Below are positions 9,073 to 18,350 of a DNA stretch of 64,000 bases, in pieces. The position numbers and the translations under genes were made by a program. The stretch's first letter is position 1, and each line of letters opens with the position of its first letter. Source of the stretch: Bacteroidales bacterium. Lineage in GTDB: Bacteria > Bacteroidota > Bacteroidia > Bacteroidales > WCHB1-69. Under the pieces are notes generated by a model that did not search any database, was not told the origin of the DNA, and saw only the letters and a list, made by a program, of their open reading frames with translations. Location: contig JAFZZT010000002.1 in NCBI GenBank assembly GCA_017615595.1, forward strand, positions 9,199-73,198. Reading direction: 5' to 3'.

Positions 9073-9588
9073 TTATTCCGTTTCCCGCTTCGTATTGAAA
9101 ATGTAAGGGTCGGAAGAAATCTTGCGACCATCTTTGGTCATGACCACAAAGCGACAATTGACAATCCTGCCTTCGGGTATATCCCTCAAGGTCACCCAAT
9201 AGTGTCCCTCTTTGCGCCGTGTCGGGTCAACGATGGTCGGCACCGGGTCCTTGTCGGTCATGAAGACAAACTGCCCGTATTTGACATCCGCGCCGTCCAC
9301 TTTTGCCACACCATGAAGGACCACCTTGGGGAAGAGTCCTCCCATGGGCGTCCAGCGATGCGTGATGATGATCTCCTCCAAACCGACAGCAGCCTTATTC
9401 AGCGTGTCTGTTTGAACCGTGAAATGGTACTCATAAGTCTCCTTGCGCTGTTGTGAGATGCGCAGCACTCCTAATATCAGTGCCACGACCACAGCGGCCA
9501 GTAGCACCCATAGCCAGGCGCGCGAAGGCTTACGTGCAGGCGCTGGCGCGTTGGTAGAAACCGTTGATTTATCTATATCTTCTCCCAT
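9073..9588 (-). CDS. Hypothetical single-pass membrane protein
   Basis: Start at the ATG at 9588 (MGEDIDKST...), which overlaps the upstream stop as TAATG. TM segment AWLWVLLAAVVVALILGVL. Confidence 0.55.
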   Translation of the reverse strand: MGEDIDKSTVSTNAPAPARKPSRAWLWVLLAAVVVALILGVLRISQQRKETYEYHFTVQTDTLNKAAVGLEEIIITHRWTPMGGLFPKVVLHGVAKVDGADVKYGQFVFMTDKDPVPTIVDPTRRKEGHYWVTLRDIPEGRIVNCRFVVMTKDGRKISSDPYIFNTKRETE

Positions 9589-10055
9589 TAGTATCCTGTT
9601 TGTGAGTACATTTCCAGCCGCCAATGGCGACCTTCTTCCTCAAATTCAATAATCAATTCATTCTTGGTCAGCTTACGGATCTCAGAGAGGATAACATAAT
9701 GCCGTCCTAACAGCGTGTAGTCCAACGACAGTGTCTTCTCCCGTTTGTCGAGGATCCAGGTGCTGAAGGTCGATTGACGGATCTGGCCATGATAGGAGCA
9801 GATCACATTCATCACATGGTCCGCGTAGATATAATACAAGGTGTTGGGCATATAGGCCTGATAGTAGATGTCATCCATGTTAAAGGAGGTGGTATCGACC
9901 TCCACATCGTCGCAATAGGCATGGGCCAGTCGCCATACATTGATGATCCGGTACTCGGGATTCACCAGGCCGCCACCGCCTTCCGGGAAGCAGGCGGCGC
10001 AAGAGAAACCGACAGCGGATATCAAGAGCAGCAGGGCTATTTTGTAAGCTTTCAT
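9588..10055 (-). CDS. Hypothetical lipoprotein (lipocalin-like size)
   Basis: MKAYKIALLLLISAVGFSCAACF signal/lipobox. Translationally coupled to the downstream gene. Confidence 0.55.
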   Translation of the reverse strand: MKAYKIALLLLISAVGFSCAACFPEGGGGLVNPEYRIINVWRLAHAYCDDVEVDTTSFNMDDIYYQAYMPNTLYYIYADHVMNVICSYHGQIRQSTFSTWILDKREKTLSLDYTLLGRHYVILSEIRKLTKNELIIEFEEEGRHWRLEMYSQTGY

Positions 10056-10064
10056 AGGAGATGA

Positions 10065-10748
10065 TTATTGGGTTAACGCGTCAAAGAGCTTTCTCATGCC
10101 CACAGTGGCCTTCTCCTTGATGAAGTGCACATGGCGGGAGATCGGCTGGACATCCTTCGGGTCGATGACATAGATCTCTGCATTGCTGGGGGCATAATAG
10201 AGCAAGCCTGCGGCGGGATAGACGTTTAGGGAGGTGCCGACAATGATGACGATATCCGCCGTCTCAATCTCGCGCACGGCCGCATCCATCATGGGCACCG
10301 CCTCGCCGAACCAGACGATGAAGGGGCGGAGGCGGCCGCCATCGGGAGCCTTCTCGTCATTGGCAATAGGACGATAGCCGATGTCTTGGACGAATTTTTT
10401 GCCATTCTCGCTGCACGCTTTGGTAGCCTCGCCGTGCAGGTGGATGATATGATGGGAGCCGCCACGCTCGTGCAGGTCGTCAATGTTCTGTGTCACAACG
10501 ACCACGTTGAAATACTCTTCGAGGGCTGCCACCAGTTTGTGCGCCTCATTGGGCTGGGTGTGTTCCAGCTGGGCCCGGCGCTCGTTGTAGAACTTCGTCA
10601 TGAGATCAGGATTCCGGTACCAGCCGTCTATGGAGGCCACCTCCTGGACATCATAGTTCTCCCACAGGCCATCGCTGTCGCGGAAGGTGCTGATGCCGCT
10701 CTCGGCGCTGATGCCTGCGCCCGACAATACCACTATTTTCTTTTTCAT
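10065..10748 (-). CDS. cobB: NAD-dependent protein deacylase (Sir2 family)
   Basis: From the internal ATG at 10748: MKKKIVVLSGAGISAESGISTFRDSDGLWE...VVTQNIDDLHERGGS...HLHG. These are the sirtuin signatures. The upstream 69 codons of the track ORF overlap the pfk gene end and are rejected. Confidence 0.9.
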   Translation of the reverse strand: MKKKIVVLSGAGISAESGISTFRDSDGLWENYDVQEVASIDGWYRNPDLMTKFYNERRAQLEHTQPNEAHKLVAALEEYFNVVVVTQNIDDLHERGGSHHIIHLHGEATKACSENGKKFVQDIGYRPIANDEKAPDGGRLRPFIVWFGEAVPMMDAAVREIETADIVIIVGTSLNVYPAAGLLYYAPSNAEIYVIDPKDVQPISRHVHFIKEKATVGMRKLFDALTQ

Positions 10749-10782
10749 ATCATGTTGATTTTTATATACTTGTAAAAAAACC

Positions 10783-11892
10783 TTAATCTTCGTCTCCGAA
10801 GCAGATGCCGATTCCTTTGGCCGCGTGCACGAGGTAATCCTTGTCGGGCTGCACCAGATGCGGGCTGCGGATGGCCTCCTCAATGGGGACGTAGGTGATG
10901 TCGGGGTGGCGATAGACCACCAAATTGCCGTACTTTTTCTCCTTGACGAGTTCAAAGGCCTTGACGCCGAACTCGGTGGCGAGGATACGGTCGTAAGCCA
11001 CGGGCGTGCCGCCGCGCTGGAGGTGACCCAGCACCGTCACGCGGATGTCGTGTTCCACGCCCAGGTCTTTGAGCTCCTGGCGCAGCACGTCTCCCACGCC
11101 GCCCAGCTTGATATGTTCGTCTCCCACAGCGGTGGGGGCCGCACCCGTCACCTTGCCATCGGCCTTCTTGGCGCCCTCGGCGATGACGATATTGCAGAAG
11201 CCCATGCCGTTGAGGTAGCGGGTCTCTATCTTCTTGGCTATGTTGACGGGATCGTAGGGGATCTCGGGGATGATGCAGACGTCTGCACCGCCGGCCAAGG
11301 CCGTATGCAGGGCAATCCAGCCGGCATCACGGCCCATCACCTCCATGATGAAGACGCGGTTGTGGCTGTCGGCGGTCGTCACCAACTTGTCCAAAGCCTC
11401 AGTCGCAATCTGCACAGCCGTCTGGAAACCGAAGGTGAAGTCGGTGGACGACAGGTCGTTGTCGATGGTCTTGGGCACGCCCACTACGTTGATGCCGATA
11501 TTGGCCAGCTGCATGGAGATGCCTTGGGAGCCGTCACCGCCGATGTTGATGACCGCCTCGAAGCCCATCTCCTCCAGTCGCTGCTTCATCAGCTGGGAGC
11601 GATCTTCTGTCTTCCAGGTGCCATCGGGCTGGCGCACCGGAAAGCGGAAGGGGCCGCCCTTGTTGGTCGTCTTGATGATGGTGTCGCCCTGGACGTGCAG
11701 TCCGGAGACACGGCGCTCCGTCAGGCGCATCAGCTCGACCTCGTCATGCAAGATGCCGTTGAAAGACTCAATACAGCCATAGATCTCCCACTCTTCGGGT
11801 TCCATCATGGCTCTCTTCACGATGCCGCGGATGACGGCATTCAGGCCCGGGCAGTCACCACCGCCAGTGGCCACTAATATTTTTCGACTCAT
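10783..11892 (-). CDS. pfkA: 6-phosphofructokinase (ATP- or PPi-dependent, PfkA family)
   Basis: MSRKILVATGGGDCPGLNAVIRGIVKRA...INIGGDGS...VPKTIDNDL...MGRDAGWIAL...GHLQRGG are the PFK family motifs. Confidence 0.85.
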   Translation of the reverse strand: MSRKILVATGGGDCPGLNAVIRGIVKRAMMEPEEWEIYGCIESFNGILHDEVELMRLTERRVSGLHVQGDTIIKTTNKGGPFRFPVRQPDGTWKTEDRSQLMKQRLEEMGFEAVINIGGDGSQGISMQLANIGINVVGVPKTIDNDLSSTDFTFGFQTAVQIATEALDKLVTTADSHNRVFIMEVMGRDAGWIALHTALAGGADVCIIPEIPYDPVNIAKKIETRYLNGMGFCNIVIAEGAKKADGKVTGAAPTAVGDEHIKLGGVGDVLRQELKDLGVEHDIRVTVLGHLQRGGTPVAYDRILATEFGVKAFELVKEKKYGNLVVYRHPDITYVPIEEAIRSPHLVQPDKDYLVHAAKGIGICFGDED

Positions 11893-11932
11893 AAGCTACA
11901 TTTTTGAAGTGCAATCCTGAGATTTGCAACCG

Positions 11933-11940
11933 CAAAAATA
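11933..11940 (-). promoter_or_regulatory. Bacteroidetes -7 box (TATTTTTG on minus strand) for pfk
   Basis: CAAAAATA on the + strand, 41 nt upstream of the ATG at 11892. Confidence 0.5.
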
Positions 11941-11995
11941 AACAAAAAATCAACATCCCAAGCAGTCCGGAGAAAGAAAGACCGGAAATCCCGCC

Positions 11996-14452
11996 TTAGA
12001 AACCACCACCTTGTTGACCGCCACCTTGGGCTTGTGCCTGGGCACCCTCCAACTCCATCTTGCCGAACTTGAAGGTGATACCACCCCGGATGCTGCGGCC
12101 CATCCAGCTGTTCCAAGCGGTGCTGGTGGATGAATAGTAGGGATTGTTGACATCCGTGCCCCATTTATTCCAGTTGAAGATGTCGGAGACATCCAGGAAG
12201 ATGGAGATACGGCGTTTCCAGAACTCGGCACGCAGGCCGGCATCGATGCTGTAGCGCGGACGTGTGATCGTGAACATATCCACGCTCTTGGAACGATAGT
12301 TGGCGGAAGCGTTGATCTCCAAGAAATTCCACACCTTGGCCCAGAAGTTCAGGCGGAAGCTGTAGCCCAGATTGTCCACCACATGAGGTTCTTCCTGATC
12401 ACGGAACTGGAAAGAGGATTTCATATAATAGATGTTGGCATAGAAGCGGATGTTCATGAAGGCCTTGAGGCGGTACATCACATTGAGCTCCGCGCCCGTG
12501 TTGAGCGACTTGCCCGCATTGATCGGCATGGAGAAAGCGACTATACGCCCGAAATAATAACTGTAGGCCACATCCTGCTGCTGACTAAACTCGTCTTTGC
12601 TGTTCTTGAAGTAGGCGTTGATACCCACATTGCCGAACTTGTTGATGTACTTGGTCCAGCCAGCCTCAATGGAGTTGGTGAAAGTCTGGCGCAGGTCCGG
12701 ATTGCCCACGCTGTACGAATCCTCGGCATATTCGACAAAGGTCGTGAGGTACTCGCCACTGGGATTGTTCACGCGGCGCGTATAGCTGAGCTTGAAGTTG
12801 TGCATGTTCTTGGTACGATAGCTCAGGTGGAGGGATGGATAGAGCCCCCAGTAGGTCTTAAACACATTATCGACAGGCGAGTTACGGACTAGCAGATGAT
12901 AGATCTCATACTCGGAGCGGAGGCCTCCCTTGATGGTGAAGTTGCCAAAACGGTGCTGGATGGTGACGTATGCATCGAAGCTGCCTTCTCTGTTCCGCAC
13001 ATCCTTGAAGCGCAACTTGTCCAGCACATATTCACCCGTGGAGAAGACCAACGTATCGTATCGGTCGTATTCCATCTGAGGATCAAATTCCCCGGATATG
13101 CCCAGCTCGATTTCTCCATTCTTATGATACGGAATAGTGTAATCCAGCGAGGCATCCGAGCCCAGACGACCCCATCGGAATTCATATTGCTGATCTTTAT
13201 CCAGATGGTCCATGAATAGATAATCCCGCGTCCTGACACCCGTGTACTTGTTCCGATAGGTCCAGAAACTCGCATCAACGCTGATCTTGTGTCCTTTGCT
13301 GTTGAACTTGTGCTCATACCAGAGACCGCCATAGCCACCGCCAGCAATACCACGGGAAGACTGTCGGTGGAGGTAGGAACGGTCTCCGGGATTGTAGATA
13401 TACTCCCGGTGAATGGTGGAGTCATAGACGACCGCATTGCCGACACTGGGATAGCAGCCCGCCCAGAAGTAGATGCTGTTCATCGTGTCCGGGGTATAGG
13501 AACCGTTGATGTAAAGTCCGAAAGCGTGTTCCAGATTGCGATAATCCATAACACTTTGGACCACCGAAGAGGTGTCTCCCATGTCATTCATCATGATACT
13601 GGATGATTCGCTATACTGCTTGATGGTGCGATAGGAGTAGTTCAGATAGGTGCTGATAGAGAACTTCTCGTTGGCATAGACGTATGAGACAAACGGTGTG
13701 ATGTCGGGGGTGGAGGAACCGCGCACGCCGAAGCTGAGGAAGCTGTTCTTCTTGATCTTGGAGGTTGTCACGATGTTGATGATGCCGCCGGAGCCCTGGG
13801 CGCTGTAGCGAGCGGAGGGGTTGGTGATGACCTCGATCTTCTCGATACTGCCAGCAGGCATCTGCTGGATGAAGTTCTTGAGGGCTTCCGCATTCATATT
13901 GGACGGTTTGTTGTTGATCCAGATCTCCACGGAAGATACTCCGCGCAAGGTCACGTTGCCTTCCACGTCCACCTCCACGCCGGGTGCATTCTGCAAAGCG
14001 TCCGCCGCCGTGCCCGACTGCACCGTGGGGTCCTCGGCCACATTGTAGAGCGTCTTCTCGCCATCCACCATATATATTGGCTTCTCCCCGATAATCTGCA
14101 CCTCCTCCAGGTCGGTGCTGGTCTTCTTCATCTGGATATTGCCCATATCGATCGTGCGCTTATCGCCACCTATCGTGATGGGCATGTCGAGCATCTCGTA
14201 GCCAATCAGGGTGGCCACAAAACGATACTCACCGGCAGGGACATTCGACATCTGGAAAACACCTGTGGCATCCGACAGGGAATGCCCCACCATCTGGGCA
14301 GTGGAGTCCGGTGTCAGCAGACCTACCGTGACAAACATGACTTTCTCGTTGTTGAGAGAGTCCACCATGGTGCCGGTGACCGTATAACGGCCCTGGGCCA
14401 GAAGGGCGGAAAAACAACCGAGAAGGAGGACCAGAAGGAACAATCGTTTCAT
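11996..14452 (-). CDS. TonB-dependent-receptor-like outer-membrane beta-barrel protein with N-terminal carboxypeptidase-regulatory-like domain
   Basis: From the ATG at 14452: MKRLFLLVLLLGCFSALLAQGRYTVTGTMVD (CarboxypepD_reg-like), a plug-like region (ALQNAPGVEVDVEGNVTLRG), a long beta-barrel, and a C-terminal F. Confidence 0.8.
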   Translation of the reverse strand: MKRLFLLVLLLGCFSALLAQGRYTVTGTMVDSLNNEKVMFVTVGLLTPDSTAQMVGHSLSDATGVFQMSNVPAGEYRFVATLIGYEMLDMPITIGGDKRTIDMGNIQMKKTSTDLEEVQIIGEKPIYMVDGEKTLYNVAEDPTVQSGTAADALQNAPGVEVDVEGNVTLRGVSSVEIWINNKPSNMNAEALKNFIQQMPAGSIEKIEVITNPSARYSAQGSGGIINIVTTSKIKKNSFLSFGVRGSSTPDITPFVSYVYANEKFSISTYLNYSYRTIKQYSESSSIMMNDMGDTSSVVQSVMDYRNLEHAFGLYINGSYTPDTMNSIYFWAGCYPSVGNAVVYDSTIHREYIYNPGDRSYLHRQSSRGIAGGGYGGLWYEHKFNSKGHKISVDASFWTYRNKYTGVRTRDYLFMDHLDKDQQYEFRWGRLGSDASLDYTIPYHKNGEIELGISGEFDPQMEYDRYDTLVFSTGEYVLDKLRFKDVRNREGSFDAYVTIQHRFGNFTIKGGLRSEYEIYHLLVRNSPVDNVFKTYWGLYPSLHLSYRTKNMHNFKLSYTRRVNNPSGEYLTTFVEYAEDSYSVGNPDLRQTFTNSIEAGWTKYINKFGNVGINAYFKNSKDEFSQQQDVAYSYYFGRIVAFSMPINAGKSLNTGAELNVMYRLKAFMNIRFYANIYYMKSSFQFRDQEEPHVVDNLGYSFRLNFWAKVWNFLEINASANYRSKSVDMFTITRPRYSIDAGLRAEFWKRRISIFLDVSDIFNWNKWGTDVNNPYYSSTSTAWNSWMGRSIRGGITFKFGKMELEGAQAQAQGGGQQGGGF

Positions 14453-14584
14453 AACATGATGAATTACAAGATTAAAAAAAAGATGCAACAATCAATGTAT
14501 CAACAGCATAAAAAAACAACACCCGCCATTGGACTTGTCTATACATCAAAGACGCAAAAATAGAAAAAAGTGCCAAAATAATTG

Positions 14585-14592
14585 TATTTTTG
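14585..14592 (+). promoter_or_regulatory. Bacteroidetes -7 box TATTTTTG
   Basis: 33 nt upstream of the ATG at 14625. It lies inside the over-extended track ORF that starts at 14529. Confidence 0.5.
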
Positions 14593-14624
14593 CCCCAATT
14601 ATTTATCCGCTCATACCTCTTTAC

Positions 14625-16202
14625 ATGACGAGAAAAAACGCACAATATTTCACCACCCGAATATTGGCCATCCTTTTTGGAGGAACGGCGGCTTTTATCA
14701 TGATCGTCAACTTGCTAAAGTCCAGGTTCATCAATGTGTTGGTCAACTTTCACCACTTGGACACCCTACTTCCCAACCCCGTGATGATGTTGCTTGGGGT
14801 TGTTGTCATTGTTGTCCTTTATCTTTTACTTCGAAATACAGGACAACGAACACAACGACGATTATCAGAACGTGGCATCCTACTTCTAGCAGGGGGATTG
14901 TTCTTCTGCATCCAGATGTATCTCATTTATAACTATTGTTTTAAAAGCGGATGGGATGTTCAAATAGTGTTCGATACAGCACAAAGGATAGCCGATGGCA
15001 AGAAGGTGTTCCCAAGCACTTGGTACTTCAGCACCCATCCCAACAATCTGTTTCTGACCCACATCTTCGCCTTTATCCTCTGGATTACCAAGCCCTTGCA
15101 TCTAGGCTCTTTCGACTTTCTGGCCATCGTGGCAGTGCAGAGCATGCTCTGTGTCCTGACCGGCTGGATGGTCTATCAGATAATAGTCGGTCAGTTTCAT
15201 CGCAGAGGGCTTGCCTGGGTCGGCATGACGTTGTATCTGCTTTTGGTGGGCCTGTCGCCATGGACCTCCATCCCCTACTCCGATGCGTGGGCATTGTGCT
15301 TCACCACCGCTGTTCTTTGGACCGCGACCTGTTCACCTTTGAAAGAGAAACCGTTTCTGCGTTGGTTTTTGACTGCCACCCTGGCCTATCTTGGCTTCAA
15401 GATCAAGCCGCAGGTCATCTTTGTGTTCGCCAGTGTGGTATTAACTGATGTGTTACGTTTCATATTGCGGAAAGAGCGGCAGCCGATGGATCGCAAATTC
15501 TGGCTGGGCAGTCCGCTGGGCACCTGTTTGGGGCTGGTGGCCGCCTTTTCTCTCGTCTTGATCATTACCTGCACCTCGCCGGTCAAAATCAGGCACAATC
15601 CCCGGTATGGGGCGGCCCACTACCTGATGATGGGAATGAGCCAGCTCAGCATAGGCGGTTATTGCCTGGACGATGTCGTCTTCTCACATCAGTTCAAGAC
15701 ACCCCGCGAACGCAACAAAGCAAATCGGCAAGAGGCAAAGCGCCGTATTCACGAGATGGGCCCGCGAATGTTCGGATACCTGATCTGCGAAAAAACACTC
15801 ATCAACTATTTCGACGGCACCTTCAACTGGGGCAAGGAGGGAGAATTCTACAAGACCCTCTTCCCCGAACGCAACCGGCATCTCTCCCCTTTCCTGCGCA
15901 ACCTCTATTACAACCATGACATTCAAGGGGCCTATCACCCCTACTGGTGTACGGCCGCCACCACCATCTGGCTCGGCGTGCTGGCCCTGATGCTCTTCGC
16001 CGCCTTCGGCCAACAGAACCGCTTCACCGCCATCCTGATGATGACGGTTCTGCTCCTGACACTCTTTGAGATGCTATTCGAAGCCCGATCCCGCTATCTC
16101 TACCCCTTTATCCCCTTCTATATCCTTCTGGCCATAAAAGGTTTACAAGAACTAGAACTGATAGTCACATTCCTCAGACAGAAGATGCGTAAATCCGCCT
16201 GA
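14625..16202 (+). CDS. Polytopic membrane protein, GT-C-fold glycosyltransferase-like (ArnT/PMT family, tentative)
   Basis: About 12 predicted TM segments and a 526-aa size, with an architecture like family-39 glycosyltransferases. The family call is by resemblance only. Confidence 0.45.
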   Translation: MTRKNAQYFTTRILAILFGGTAAFIMIVNLLKSRFINVLVNFHHLDTLLPNPVMMLLGVVVIVVLYLLLRNTGQRTQRRLSERGILLLAGGLFFCIQMYLIYNYCFKSGWDVQIVFDTAQRIADGKKVFPSTWYFSTHPNNLFLTHIFAFILWITKPLHLGSFDFLAIVAVQSMLCVLTGWMVYQIIVGQFHRRGLAWVGMTLYLLLVGLSPWTSIPYSDAWALCFTTAVLWTATCSPLKEKPFLRWFLTATLAYLGFKIKPQVIFVFASVVLTDVLRFILRKERQPMDRKFWLGSPLGTCLGLVAAFSLVLIITCTSPVKIRHNPRYGAAHYLMMGMSQLSIGGYCLDDVVFSHQFKTPRERNKANRQEAKRRIHEMGPRMFGYLICEKTLINYFDGTFNWGKEGEFYKTLFPERNRHLSPFLRNLYYNHDIQGAYHPYWCTAATTIWLGVLALMLFAAFGQQNRFTAILMMTVLLLTLFEMLFEARSRYLYPFIPFYILLAIKGLQELELIVTFLRQKMRKSA

Positions 16203-16271
16203 CCATCCAGCCAGTATCGTTTCACCATCATTCAAGATAGGATAAACCACCTTCGAGACAGGCCGCTTCCC

Positions 16272-18323
16272 TTATTTCCCGTTGATTTTCCCTTTGACGA
16301 TCTCGACACTCTCCTTGATGTATATCGTGTCGGGATGATCCTCCCCGTATGCGGCCTCCAGTATCGTCAGCGACTTTTGGAGACACTCCAGAGCCTTCGC
16401 ATATTCTCCTTGGTAATAATAGACATTGCCGATGTTGTTATAGCTGGCAGCCACCTCCACATGATTATCTCCATAAAATGACTTTCTGATAGTCAACGCC
16501 TTGCCATAGTACTCCAGCGCTTGGGCATAATCGCCTTGTATCTTGTACATGCCGCCGATGTTGTTGTAGCTGATCGCCACATCGGGATGTTCCTCCCCAT
16601 AAAACGACTTGTATATGGCCAAAGCCTTCTGGAATGACTCCAGTGCCTGACCATATTCCTCCTGAAGATAGTTCACCATCCCAATATTGTTGTAACTGGT
16701 GGCCACGTCAGGATGATTTTCGCCAAAGACAGACTTGCTGATAGACAATGACTTCAGATAGTATTCCTTGGCCTGGGGATAATTCCCCTGGGCATAATAC
16801 ACAACCCCCATGTTATTGTAGCTGGTGGCCACATCGGGATGGTTCTCCCCATACACCAACTTTCTAATATCCAAAGACTTTTGATAATAATCCATCGCCT
16901 CGGCATAATCCCCTTGTGAATAGTAGGAAAGGCCTATGTTGTTATAGCAGGTGGCCACATCGGGATGGTTCTCTCCGTAGATAGATTTATAGATTGTCAA
17001 GGCTTTCTGGAAGAACTCCATCGCCTGTGCATGATCGCCCTCACTATAGAACAATCCACCTATGTTATTGAAGCTGGTAGCCACATCCAGGTGTTGCTCG
17101 CCGAAGATGGTCGCGCGAATCTCCAATGATTGCGCATAATAGGACATCGCCCTGTCATTTTCCCCCAGAGTTTTCAGCACATATCCAACATTATTGTATA
17201 GGGTGGCCACATCGGGATGGTTCCTTCCGTATAATGAAGACAGGATATTCAGGGATTTAACATAGTAATCGTAGGCTTGACGATATTCCCCTTGCCCCAG
17301 GCAGGCGCTTCCGAGGTCGTTGTAACAGGTGGCCACCAAGGGGTGTTGCGCCCCGTTCTGCGCTATCGCTTGTCGCAGCGCGCGTTGATAATAGTTGACC
17401 GCCTTGTGTTCGTCTGCCAGGTAGTCCTCCACGAAACTGCCGGCCTCCAGCTGCCATTCCACCTTTGTCGTGTCCAGTTCTGCCCGCAGCTCCAGGTAAT
17501 AGGCAGCGGAGTCGTTCTGGAACTGGGCGGAGAAGCGCTCGAAATAGCCCTTGCATCGGCGGGCGAGCTCCTCATTGTCGGCGGCGAACACCGCCTCGGC
17601 ACGGCGCAGCTGTTTTTTCCGATCCTGCAGCGCCTGGGCTTTCTGCTGCTGCTCCTTCACGGCCTGTCGCACATCGCCACGGGAAGCCAGGAGCGAGTCG
17701 GCCTTCAGCAGGTCCCCATTCTCGATGCAGAACGACACCTGCCGGTAGAACTCGTCCAGCAGGTCGTAGTCAAGCTCCGCAGAGCGTCTGGCCATATCGG
17801 AGATGAGCCGCTCATTGTTCTCCTGCTCGGCATAGAGCTGTTGCAGGGCCTGGCGGTACTCTTCTTCCGAAATCTTGTTATGCTCCTTGAGGGAGTCGAT
17901 CTCCTGTTCCCGCTGTTGCAGCTTCGCCTGAAGCTGGCGCCGGAGCTTGCGTTCTGCCGCCAGCTGGTCGTCCGCCTGTTTGTCGGGCGTCTCCATCGTG
18001 ATCACCAGCGGGTTGGCAGAGCAGACATACTGTTTCTTCAGCACATCGGGATCGGTAAGCACATAGCCCTGCTTCTTGACATCGGCCAGGTAGAACTTCT
18101 TATCGGGCACTGTCAGCGTGAAGTTGCCGTTGGCGTCACACACGGTGGAATGTCCGCCTGCAAGCTGGATGGCTGCGCTGGCAATGCGCTTGCCGGGGAT
18201 CAGCTGTCCTTTGCTGTCCAGACGCCCTTTGGTCTTCACATAGCCCTTCTGGGTGGTCTGTGCAGAGGCCAGAGAGATGACGGCGATGGTCAACAGGATG
18301 GTATATATAATTCGTTTTATCAT
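16272..18323 (-). CDS. Tetratricopeptide-repeat protein: signal/anchor, CarboxypepD_reg-like beta-sandwich, coiled coil, about nine 42-aa TPR_12-type repeats
   Basis: ATG at 18323 (MIKRIIYTILLTIAVISLASAQ). A coiled-coil stretch (QLQAKLQQREQEIDSLKE...) is followed by repeated NHPDVAT(S/C)YNNIG...Y..A.EYY.KSL.I units. Confidence 0.85.
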   Translation of the reverse strand: MIKRIIYTILLTIAVISLASAQTTQKGYVKTKGRLDSKGQLIPGKRIASAAIQLAGGHSTVCDANGNFTLTVPDKKFYLADVKKQGYVLTDPDVLKKQYVCSANPLVITMETPDKQADDQLAAERKLRRQLQAKLQQREQEIDSLKEHNKISEEEYRQALQQLYAEQENNERLISDMARRSAELDYDLLDEFYRQVSFCIENGDLLKADSLLASRGDVRQAVKEQQQKAQALQDRKKQLRRAEAVFAADNEELARRCKGYFERFSAQFQNDSAAYYLELRAELDTTKVEWQLEAGSFVEDYLADEHKAVNYYQRALRQAIAQNGAQHPLVATCYNDLGSACLGQGEYRQAYDYYVKSLNILSSLYGRNHPDVATLYNNVGYVLKTLGENDRAMSYYAQSLEIRATIFGEQHLDVATSFNNIGGLFYSEGDHAQAMEFFQKALTIYKSIYGENHPDVATCYNNIGLSYYSQGDYAEAMDYYQKSLDIRKLVYGENHPDVATSYNNMGVVYYAQGNYPQAKEYYLKSLSISKSVFGENHPDVATSYNNIGMVNYLQEEYGQALESFQKALAIYKSFYGEEHPDVAISYNNIGGMYKIQGDYAQALEYYGKALTIRKSFYGDNHVEVAASYNNIGNVYYYQGEYAKALECLQKSLTILEAAYGEDHPDTIYIKESVEIVKGKINGK

Positions 18324-18350
18324 AATCGCAACCAATGATATGTCGGCAAG

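Noticed and set aside
10749-10955. N-terminal 69-codon extension of the Sir2 ORF
   Set aside because: The extension overlaps the 3' end of pfk and is Ser/Pro/Arg-rich. The conserved sirtuin N-terminus starts at the internal ATG at 10748.
10825-11877. 350-aa plus-strand ORF antisense to pfk, and similar long antisense ORFs at 1268-1792, 2850-3635, 4247-5038, 6912-7622, 17277-18338, 18537-19580, 19625-20776, 20813-21754, 42134-43921, 43925-44734, 51235-52521, 52771-53814, 54664-55650, 58149-58775 and 60162-61124
   Set aside because: These are shadow ORFs typical of GC-rich coding regions. Their compositions are implausible (runs of G/A/V/H/R/D), they carry no motifs, and each is fully covered by a strongly supported gene on the other strand.
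16330-17300. ~126-nt periodic DNA repeats (ggccacatcgggatgg...)
   Set aside because: They encode the 42-aa TPR units of the TPR protein and are not a non-coding array.
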